Positions 10,801 to 20,400 of a stretch of DNA of 64,000 nt are shown piece after piece. Under the pieces are notes generated by a model. The model searched no databases and had not been told where the DNA came from. It worked only from the letters and a program-made list of their open reading frames with translations. Location: contig NC_135911.1 in NCBI RefSeq assembly GCF_964194155.1, positions 11,222,001 through 11,286,000 on the forward strand, written 5' to 3'. The first letter of the stretch is position 1, and each line of letters opens with the position of its first letter. The stretch is from Cetorhinus maximus. Taxonomy: Eukaryota. A program made the translations under genes and the position numbers.

Positions 10801-12491
10801 TATTCTGCTGCTGATTAAGTTGGCCTGTCCCTTTAACAGGGCAACCTCTCATTGATCGAAATGCTGAGCTCATTCACAGTTCAATTGCCGATTGGCAAAT
10901 GCCTGTCAATTTAATCCCTTCTACCTCAAGGGATGTTCCTCTGCCAATTGAACATTGTCAGTTCTCTAGACGGCCACCAGTGTTTCATATTGAGCTCTCC
11001 TTCTCCTGGCCACGAGGTTCTTCACCACCCTGACTACAGGAACCCAACATCTCTTTGTGTCTTGGCGAGCAGACCTGGATTCAATGCCCAGTGTATGCTT
11101 TAACCAGAGCTCTGTACACAACACTCAGTAAGCAAGACTATTGATTAAGTCGCTTGCACGTGGGAGGAGGAGACTCACGTTTGGATCGGACTGTGCTGAC
11201 TCATTTCTTTCCCCATCAGTACAATATCCCGAAGTCCTACAGTGCCTGAATCAGCCCATCCTGCCTGATGCTGATTGCCGCAAAGCTTATCCACCCTACT
11301 TCACGGACAACATGTTCTGCTCAGGATACCTGGAGGGAGGACAGAGCACATGCCAGGTAAGAGTGGCCCGACAGGGTGAGACCGAATGAATCAAACCATG
11401 AGCGATAGGAAGTGTCTCAAGCTGAGAGACAGAGGTTACCTCTCCCTGAGGGATGGGGAATGACTGAATTTGATGGTGCGTAGGAGCAGGCAATTTGGCC
11501 CCTTTATCCCTCTGACAGTGCAGCGCTCCCTCAGTATGACCATCTGACAGTGCAGCACTCCCTCGGTACTGACCATCCGACAGTGCAGCGCTCCCTCAGT
11601 ATGACCCTACGACAGTGCACCGCTCCCTCAGTACATACCCTCTGACAGTGCAGCACTCCCTAAGTATTACCCTCCGACAGAGCAGCGTTCCCTCAGTATG
11701 ATCCTACGACAGTGCAGCACTCCCTAAGTATGACCCTCTGACAGTGCAGCACTCCGTCGGTATGATCCTACGACAGTGCATCTCTACCACATTACTGATC
11801 CTTTGGCACTGCAGCGCACCCTCAGTACAGACGCTCCGACAGTGCAGTGCTCCCTCAGTACTGACCCTCCGACAGTGCAGCACTCCCTTAGTAAGGAACC
11901 TCTGACAATGCAGCACTCCCTCAGTACTGACCCTCTGACAGTGCAGCACTCCCTCAGCACTGACCCTCCGACAGTGCTGCGCTCCCTCAGCACTGACCCT
12001 CCGACAGTGCAGCGCTCCCTCAGCACTGACCCTCCGACAGTGCAGCACTCCCTCAGTACTGACCCTCCGACAGTGCAGCACTCCCTCAGTACTGACCCTC
12101 CGACAGTGCAGCGCTCCCTCAGCACTGACCCTCCGACAGTGCAACGCTCCCTCAGCACTGAGCCTTGTCCTTTGGGTCTCTGGACTGGTACTCAGACCCG
12201 TAACCTCCTGATTGTGCGGACAGAGTACCACCCAGCGAGCTCGGGTCCCACACCGGGATCCCGGGGGAGCTACGGATGACCATCCGATTATCACTTTGTC
12301 TATCTCACTCCGAATTACACTCCATGTCTTTTTTGCTGCAGGGAGACTCAGGGGGACCTGTGGTCTGTAATGGGGAGCTACAAGGCATTACTTCCTGGGG
12401 ATACGACTGTGCTATGGAGGATCATCCCAGCGTCTTTGTGAAAGTTTGTAACTACAACAACTGGATCCAAAGGGTCATGGCTGAAAACTGA
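4838..12491 (+). CDS. Trypsin-family (S1A) serine protease zymogen, copy A; join(4838..4877,6698..6854,8646..8905,11220..11356,12342..12491), 247 aa
   Basis: GT-AG introns, exons 40/157/260/137/150 nt, phases 1,2,1,0 as in vertebrate trypsinogen. Signal peptide [15 protein letters not shown], mature N-terminus IING, motifs [26 protein letters not shown], 12 Cys. TATA upstream and AATAAA downstream. Confidence 0.95.
4935..6212 (+). mobile_element. L2-type LINE 3' part in intron 1 with an internal 37-bp expansion (also in copies B, C, D; 5' half only in the orphans)
   Basis: Degenerate ORF2 C-terminus (LRNIAQL, AETLI, CDYS, SAAR, HWL...DFKI) and tail AAAGGCACTATAGAAACGTAAG-TTGTTGTTG. Confidence 0.75.
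6215..6652. repeat. Compound (TG)n-rich microsatellite before exon 2 of A (longer homologs 17515-18610, 39668-40848, 49417-50512)
   Basis: Interrupted TG dinucleotide tract. Confidence 0.9.
6880..7415. repeat. (ACAAACATAC)-type CA-rich microsatellite after exon 2 of A (homologs 18840-19510, 41078-41500, 50740-51415)
   Basis: Tandem 8/10-bp units. Confidence 0.9.
7805..8565 (+). mobile_element. CR1 3' fragment in intron 2 split by a TATGTTTG microsatellite (homologs about 19900-20525, 41890-42500, 51800-52430)
   Basis: [11 protein letters not shown]...[32 protein letters not shown]; 3' end GGCTGAATGGCCT. Confidence 0.8.
9150..9562 (-). mobile_element. CR1 3' fragment in intron 3 (homologs about 21110-21520, 43085-43495, 53010-53425)
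   Basis: Minus-strand [20 protein letters not shown] seen in the copy-B homolog ORF 21421..21681. Confidence 0.7.
9600..10757 (+). mobile_element. L2-type LINE 3' fragment in intron 3 with a 37-bp expansion (homologs about 21565-22365, 43540-44495, 53465-54855)
   Basis: KSLH...[37-mer array]...[22 protein letters not shown] remnants and TATATAAATTCAAGTATGCTGTTGTT tail. Confidence 0.7.
11510..12240 (-). mobile_element. Degenerate tRNA-derived SINE in intron 4 with an expanded 33-bp internal unit
   Basis: Reverse complement of 12160-12240 has A/B-box-like head GCTCGCTGGGTGGTACTCT...GGTTACGGGTCTGAGTACC leading into TGAGGGAGTGCTGCACTGTCGGAGG units. Confidence 0.55.
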
Positions 12492-12552
12492 GCGGAGAAT
12501 CCTAACCCTGAAACTACCTGCAATGAGGGAAAGGAAAATGTTGCAAGTTCCC

Positions 12553-12558
12553 AATAAA
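12553..12558 (+). terminator. Polyadenylation signal, copy A
   Basis: AATAAA 62 nt after the stop, followed by a GT/T-rich downstream element. Confidence 0.75.
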
Positions 12559-12704
12559 GATTGATTGTCAAGTTGTGTTGCATTTGGATTCTTTTTTTGC
12601 TACATCTCTTTTGGAACGTGCAGAATCCCACATCCATCCCCTCACTGTCTCCAGACTGTAACTATTCCAACATTCCTCTCGGCAATCTGCTTTCCTCACA
12701 GGGA

Positions 12705-12905
12705 TGTCAGAAATAGGAGCAGGAGGAGGCCATTCAGCCCCTCGAGTCTCCTTCCCCCATTCTATACGATCATGGCTGATACTCGACCTCGACTCCGCTT
12801 TCCCTCCTTATCGCTTAGCGCCCAAACATCTATCCATCTCCGTCTTGAATGGATTCAGCGATGGAGCATCCACAGCTCTCAGGGGGAGAGAATTCCAAAG
12901 ATTTC
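12705..12905 (-). mobile_element. CR1/CR1-dependent SINE 3' end downstream of each full gene (also about 24297, 46452, 56913)
   Basis: AGAAATAGGAGCAGGAGGAGGCCATTCAGCCCCTCGAG...ATCATGGCTGA matches the CR1 3' end at 26045-26110. Confidence 0.65.
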
Positions 12906-13079
12906 TCCTTCCGTAAACTTAAACACATCCAAAAATCTGCTGTCCCCGTGTCTTAACACACACAAAGTCTCGTGTACCCAGCAGCCCCTGTTGCTCGCTG
13001 ATCTACATTGGCTCCTGGTCGGGCAACACATCGATTTTATAATCCCCATCCTGGTTTTCAAATCCTTCCATGGCCTCCT

Positions 13080-13685
13080 CACCTCCTCCGTATCTCTGAA
13101 ACCTCCTCCAACCCCTACAACCCTCCCTATCTCTGAAACCACCTCCAGCCTCTACAACACTCCCTACCTCTGAAACGTTCTCCTGCCCCTACAGCCCTTC
13201 CTAACTCTGTAATAACCGACAACCCATACAACCCTCCCAATGTCTGTAACATCCTCCAGACCCCTACAAACAACCCTATATCTATAACCTCCCCCAGACT
13301 CCAAAAACCCTCCCCATCTCTGTAACCTCCTCCAGCCCCGACAGCTCTCCCCATCTCTGTAACCTCGTACAGCACCTACAAAACTCCCTATCGCTGTAAC
13401 CTCCTCCAGCGCACACAACCCTCACTATGTCTGTAACCGCCTCCAGCACCTACAACCATCCCCATCTCTGTAACATCCTCCAGCCCCTACAACACTCCCT
13501 ATCTCTGTACGCTCCTCCAGCCCCCATAACACTCCCTGTCTCTGTTACCTCCTCCAGCCCCTACAACACTCCCTATCTCTGTAACCTCCTCCAGCCCCTA
13601 CAACCCTCCCTATCTCTGTAACCTCCTCCAGCAGCTACAACACTCCCTATCTCTATGACATCCTCCAGCCCCTACAACCCTCCCC
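13080..13685. repeat. 37-bp minisatellite array, A-B intergenic (homolog 46825-47432)
   Basis: Tandem units following an L2 HWLLV...FKSFHGL remnant. Confidence 0.85.
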
Positions 13686-14113
13686 GTTTCCCCAGTACTG
13701 GTGCCAGACAACATGAATAGAAACCCAATTCTCCCACACAAATCTGACAGCCACACAGTCATACAAACATACTGACATAAGTACAATCAGAGGACTCCAG
13801 CCTAAGGGCTGTGACCACCTCTGGGGACAACGCAATCCAGGTGACCACACCTCTCCACCTCCTGCACCCTAGATGCATCGCAGAGTCCAAAGCCCGGACT
13901 CCAGCTCATTAGTCTCTGAGCTGGAGTTCCTCGAGCTGCGGACACTCACGGTAGATGTGTCACACAGGGACCCTCCATCCCTTGTGGGCTGCACCTTTTT
14001 GCCTCATCACATCCCCGCCAAGCACCTCGGTGGCGTGGGGGGGGGACGTTTTACTTTGTCCAAGGCGCTATCAGAATGCAAGTTACTGTCGTAATTGGCG
14101 TGTGGGGTGGCCG

Positions 14114-14282
14114 TGTCCAGTAATGGAGATTGATTGTCCAGTAATGGTGATTGATTGTCCAGTAATGGTGATTGATTGTCCAGTAATGGTGATTGATTGT
14201 CCAGTAATGGAAATTGATTGTCCAGTAATGGTGATTGATTGTCCAGTAATGGAGATTGATTGTCCAGTAATGGAGATTGATT
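14114..14282. repeat. 21-bp VNTR x8
   Basis: Tandem 21-mers. Confidence 0.9.
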
Positions 14283-14489
14283 CAGGGTTTGTGCCTGGAC
14301 AACGTATCAATACAGACCTGAGGTCAACAGCTACAAGCGTCTCTCCTTCCAGAATTCGCTTCTCAAATGAGGTCTTGAAGCTGATTAATGATTAGCCACG
14401 TCCGATTGCTGGGACTGTCACTTTAAGCCACATATATAAAGAACAGGAGCTTCACTGGGATCATTCCCTGCGCTGGGATAAGCTGTAAG
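14282..14489 (+). promoter_or_regulatory. Proximal promoter of copy B, TATA 14433-14440
   Basis: Same conserved block and spacing as copy A. Confidence 0.7.
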
Positions 14490-17400
14490 ATGCAGGCTTT
14501 CCTCTTCACCCTGCTCCTGGGAGCAGCAGGTATGATCACAGTTATACTGAAATGTGTGTGTGGGGGTCCACAAGCGTGGCTGTTTGTCTGGCAATGTCTC
14601 CTCTCCCTGGCTACCCATCCCCATTCCTTTCCCTGGCAACAGGCTGAGACTGACAGGCAGGGCTGTCCTCTCTCGCCTGTCCTTTTCGTGTGCTGCATAG
14701 AACCCTTTGCCGAGTCCATCAGGAAGGATCCGGGCATAAGAGGAGTGACGATCCCAGGCAGCGGAGGCACTCAGGTAAAAGCCTCCCTGTACATGGACGA
14801 CGTCGCCGTCTTCTGCTCGGATCCTCTGTCGGTGCGCAGACTGATGCACGTCTGCGACCAGTTCGAACTGGCCTCGGGAGCCAAGGTAAATCGTGGGAAG
14901 AGCGAGGCCATGTTCTTTGGGAACTGGGCTGACCGATCCTTTGTCCCCTTCACTGTCAGGGCTGACGGCCTGAAGGTGCTGGGGATATGGTTCGGAGGGA
15001 CTGGCGTTAGAAACTGGAAGGAGCGAGTGGCTATGGTGAAAAGGAAACTGGGCATGTGGGAGCGACGCTCCCTCTCCATTGCGGGTAAGAACCTGGTCAT
15101 CAGGTGTGAGGTACTCTCGCTGTTGCTGTACGTGGCGCAGGTCTGGCCCATTCCACACTCCTGCGCGATGGCGATCACTCGAGCCATCTTCCGCTTTATC
15201 TGGAGGTCGAAAATGGATCGTGTCTGCAGGGACGCGATGTACAAGCCTCTAGATAAAGGGGGAAAAAACGTGCCCAACATCGCCCTCATACTGATGGCCA
15301 CCTTTGTGTGTGGCTGCATCAAGCGGTGCGTAGACCCTCAGTACGCAAACACCAAGTGTCACTACGTGCTGAGGTTCTACCTGTCCCCGGTGTTGCGAAG
15401 GATGGGTCTGGCCACGCTGCCGCGGAACGCTCCAAGTAGTTGGACCGTGCCGTACCACCTGTCCCTGGTGGAAAAATTTATGCAGAAAAACACCTTTGAC
15501 CACAAGTCCATCAGGCAGTGGTCAGCACGTAACGTCCTAGAGGCCCTGAGGGATAAGGAGAGGGTGGACCCTGTGGGATGGTTCCCCGAGCAGACTGTCA
15601 AAGTCATTTGGCAGAATGCCTCATCGCCAGAACTTTCCAACAAGCACCAAGACGTAGCTTGGCTGGTGGTGAGAAAGGCCCTCCCCGTCAGATCCTTCCT
15701 ACACGCCAGGAGTCTCACCCCCTCTGCACGATGCCCTCGAGGTGGCTGTGGTGGGGAAGAGACCGTTGTTCACCTCCTTGTGGATTGTGCCTTTGCAAAG
15801 AAAGTCTGGAGAGAGATGCAGTGGTTGCTGTCGAGGTTCATCCTGAGCAGTTCTGTGACACAGGACTCTGTGCTCTACGGGCTGTTCCCAGGGACACACA
15901 CCGAGACAAACATCGACTGCAGCTGGAGGATCATCAACTCGGTGAAAGACGCGCTTTGGTCTGCCCGAAACTTGTTGGTCTTCCAGCACAAAGAGTTGTC
16001 CCCGACCGATTGTTGCGGACTGGCACAATCCAAAGTCCAGGACTACGTGCTGAGGGACACACTAAAGCTTGGGGCAGCTGCCGCAAAGGCGCAATGGGGA
16101 AGGGTCGCTGTCTAAGACCTTTCTACCACAGCGCACCGAGAGACTGGGAACTGTTTAGAGCCCCTCGGGCTGTACAGATCAAAATGAAAGGCTGTAAATG
16201 ATTGTAATATTGTTTGTACTGATGCACCTGGTGATACATTTTGTAAAAGTTTAACCTGGATTGTACCCTTGTAATGTTGTTTTTGAAATGGTTTTGAATG
16301 TGATTGAAGATTTTTTATGAATAAAGTATATTTTTACAAAAAAAAAACAGGCTGAGACTGAACCTGTCAGCTTGTAACCTCGGGGTCACATTTGACCCCC
16401 AGATTTGCTCACTGTCAAACCATTCCTATTTCCACCTCCGCAACATTGCCCAGCTTCACCCCGACCCCGTCTCCTCTCATCTCATCTACTGCTGAAACCC
16501 TCATCCAATCCAGCATTGCCCCCAGATGCGGCTATACCGACAAATCCCTGACTGTTCTCCCACGTTCCACCCTCCGTAAACTTGAGGTCATCCGAACCTC
16601 TGCTGCCCGTTTCTTAACTCGTACTGAGTCCCACTCACCTATCATCTCTGGTGCTCGCTGACCAGCATTGGCTCCTGGTTAGCATCATATTGACTTTTAA
16701 ATTCCTCCAGCCCCTACAACCCTCCCTATCTCTGTAACCTCCTCCAGCCCCTACAACCCTCCCTATCTCTGTAACCTCCACCAGCCCCCTCAACCCTCCC
16801 TTTCTCTGTAACCTCCTCCAGCCCCTACAACACTCCCTATCTCTGTAACCTCCTCCAGCACCTACAACCCTCCCTATCTCTGTAACCTCCTCCAGCCGCT
16901 ACAACCCTCCCTTTCATTGTAACCTCCTTCAGCGCCTACAACCCTCCCTATCCCTGTAACCTCCTCCAGCCCCTACAACACTCCCTATCTCTGTAACCTC
17001 CTCCAGCACCTACAACCCTCCCTATCTCTGTAACCTCCTCCAGCCGCTACAACCCTCCCTTTCATTGTAACCTCCTTCAGCGCCTACAACCCTCCCTATC
17101 CCTGTAACCTCCTCCAGGCCCTAAAAACCTCCCTATCTCACCTCCCTATCTCTGTAACCTCCTCCAGTCCCTACGACCCTCTGAGATCTCTGCTCTCCTC
17201 CAATTCCGGCCTCTTGACCATCCCCCGAATCCCATCGCTCCACCATTGGCGGCCGTGCCTTCAGCTTTCTGGGGCCCTAAGCTCTGAAAATCCCTCCCTA
17301 AACCTCTCCACCTCTCTCTCTCTCTCTTTCTCACTCTCTCCCTCCTCCTTTAAAACGCTCTTAAAATCCAATCATTATGACTAAACATTTGGCTGCCTGT

Positions 17401-20400
17401 CCCTGATGTCTCTTTATGTGACTCAGCGAGATACTTTGTTTGATAATCAACCCTGTGAAGCTGTTTCATTATGTTAAAGGCACTATAGAAACGTAAGATG
17501 TTGTTGTTGCTAAGTGTCTGTGTGTGTGCATATGCGAGCGTGTGTATGTGTGTGAGTGTATGTATTTATGTGTGTGTGTCTGTGTATGTGTACATGTACA
17601 GGTGTGGATGTGTGTATTTGTGTGTGTGTATGAGATTGTGTGTATGTGTTTGTGAGAGAATGGATGTGTGTTTGTGTGTGCGTGTACATTTGTGAGTGTG
17701 TGTGTGTTTGTGTGCGTGTGTCTGAATGTAAGTATGTATGTGTGTGTATGAGTGAGTGTCCATGTGTCTATGTGTATGAGTGTGTGTATATGTGTGTGTG
17801 TCCGTGTATGTGCCTGCACGTGTGAGACTGGGTGTGTGCGTTTGTGTGTGAGTGTGATTGTGTCATTATTTGTGTGTGACTGTCACTCTGTGTGTGTAAG
17901 TGTGTGTATTTGTGTGTTTGTGACTGTGTGTAACTGTGTGTATTTGTGTGTGTGTGACAGTGTGTAAGTGTATGTATTGTGAGTGGGTGTGTCTCAGAGT
18001 GTGTATGTGAGTGTGACTGTGTGTGTGCGTGTGTGTGTGTTAACTTATGTGTGAGTGTGACTGTGTGTGTTTGTCTGTGTGTAAGTGTGTGTATTTGCAC
18101 GTGTGTGTGACTGCGTGCATGTGTGTATGTAGTTGTGTGTGTTTGTGTCTTTGTGTGAATGTGTCTGTGTGACTGTGTGTGTGCGACTGTGTGTGAGTGT
18201 GAGTATTTGTGTGTACGTGATTGCGTGCCTGTGCGTGTGTGTGTGACTGTGTGTATGTGTGTGACTGTGTGTATGTGTGTGACTGTCTGTGTGACTGTGT
18301 GTGTGTGTGACTGTGTGTGTGTGTGACTGTGGGTGTGTGCGTATTTGTGTGTCTGTGCGTATTTGTGTGTCTGTGCGTATTTGTGTGACTGTGCGTATTT
18401 GTGTGAGTGTGTGTATTTGTGTGACTGCGTGCATGTGTGTGACTGTGTGTATGTGTGTGTGTGTAAGTATGTGTGTGATTTTGTAAGTGTGTGTATTTGT
18501 GTTTGTGTGATTGTGTGTAAGCGTGTATGTGTGTGTGACTGCGTAAGTGTGTGTGTGTTTGTGTGTGATTGTGTGTAAGTGTGTGTGTGTGACTGTGGGT
18601 GCGTGTGTGCAATCAGATGATGACCCTCACTCTCTGTATTTTTCTTTACTCAGCTGCTGCTCCTGCGAATGTGAAGATCATTAACGGCCAGAATTGTTAT
18701 CCTCACTCTATGCCCAGGCAGGTTTTTCTTACCTATAATGGGAATCGCTGGTGTGGGGGCTCCCTGATAAACGACCGGTGGATAGTGTCAGCTGCTCATT
18801 GTTACCAACCGTAAGTCCAGAGATGATCACAGCAACAAGCAAACATAAAAACATACACAAACATACAAACATACACAAACATGCAAATGTCCACAAACAT
18901 AAATACAAACATACACAAACAAACATACATAAACATACAGACACTCACAAACATACACACAAACATACATAAACATACAAACACTCACAAACATACATAC
19001 ATACATACACAGACATACAATCACAAACATACACAAGCATCCATACATGCAAACAAAGACAAACATACAAACATACATACATAAACACACAGACACTCAC
19101 AAACATACATACAAACATACATAAACATACAAACACTCACAAACTTACATACATACACAGACATACACCCACAAACATACACAAGCATGCATACATGCAT
19201 AGACAAACATACAAACATACTCAAACATACATACAAGCGTACACAAACATACAAACATACATACAAGCATGCACAAACATGCAAACATGCACAAACGTAC
19301 GAACACTCACAAACATGCACAAATATAGAAAAATAGACAAACATACATAAAAACATACACAAATGTACACAAACATACAAACACACACAAATATAGACAA
19401 ACATACATACAAGCATACACAAACATACGAACACTCACAAACACACACAAACACACACAAACATACAAACATAGACAAACATACATACAAACATATACAT
19501 TCATACACAGATCAACACTGAATGATACAGAGACAAAAACATGAACATACAGATGTCCAAGCATACAATCTTACAGCGCACACATATAAACAATGATGGA
19601 GAAATAAGGGTTCTCTTGCAGACATTTCTCATACTTTCTGTATCACAATATGTGCACTCACCCTCCAAAAACGCTATATAGAAACTTCATCATCCCCCAA
19701 AAACCTCCAGAAAAAGGCTAAACTCCAGATGACTAATGCCCGGGTAGTGTGGGGGCAGTTTGACACTGGCCTCCTCTACATTCTTTTCTTATTCTTGTTG
19801 GCAAGAAGGACCCAAAATTAATGATTAAAACAGGGGTCAAAGTGAAAGGAAGGAGCAAGCCAAAGAGGAGCAGCAGATACAAAACACGGGCTTCAGCCTC
19901 AGCTGGAGGATTGTGTCCAGCTCTGGGCACCACACTTTAGGAAGGATGTGAAGGCATTAGAGAGAGAGCAGTAAGGATTCATGAGAATGGATCCAGGGAT
20001 GAGGAACATCAGTTAATGTGGAGAGAGTGGAGGAGCTGGGACTGTTCTCCTTGGGGAATATGTATGTTTGTATGTATGTTTGTGTATGTTTGTATGTTTG
20101 TGTATGTTTGTATGTTTGTGTATGTTTGTATGTATGTCTCTCCTTGGAGAAGAGAAGGTCGAGAGGAGGTTTGACAGAGGGGTTCAAAATCACGAGGGTT
20201 CTGGACTGGGTAGAGAGGGAGAAACCGTTCCCATTGGGGGGAAGGATCGAGAACCAGAGGGGCACAGATTTAAGGGGATTAGTAAAAGAAGCAACGGAGA
20301 CATGAGGAGAAACTTTTTCACCCTGCGAGTGGCTAGGATCTGGAATGCACTGCCCGAGAGTTTGAGGGAGGCAGGTTCAATCGAGGCTTTCGAAAGGGAA

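Noticed and set aside
4838-12491. Assigning PRSS1/2/3, CTRB or KLK gene symbols
   Set aside because: Lacks Asp189 and DDDDK (not PRSS1-3); exon structure and Cys pattern are not chymotrypsin; KLK orthology cannot be shown without a phylogeny.
12565-13173. ~200-aa ORF downstream of each gene
   Set aside because: Crosses CR1 and L2 remnants, starts at a non-ATG codon, and is truncated in copy B.
14490-16115. 541-aa ORF as a standalone host gene
   Set aside because: Chimera of protease exon 1, intron sequence and a truncated Tx1 ORF2 bounded by a TSD; reported as a mobile element and as a finding.
17469-19564. His/Thr-rich and Cys/Val-rich ORFs (HTHT, CVCV, MFVCLC)
   Set aside because: Artefacts of TG/CA microsatellites.
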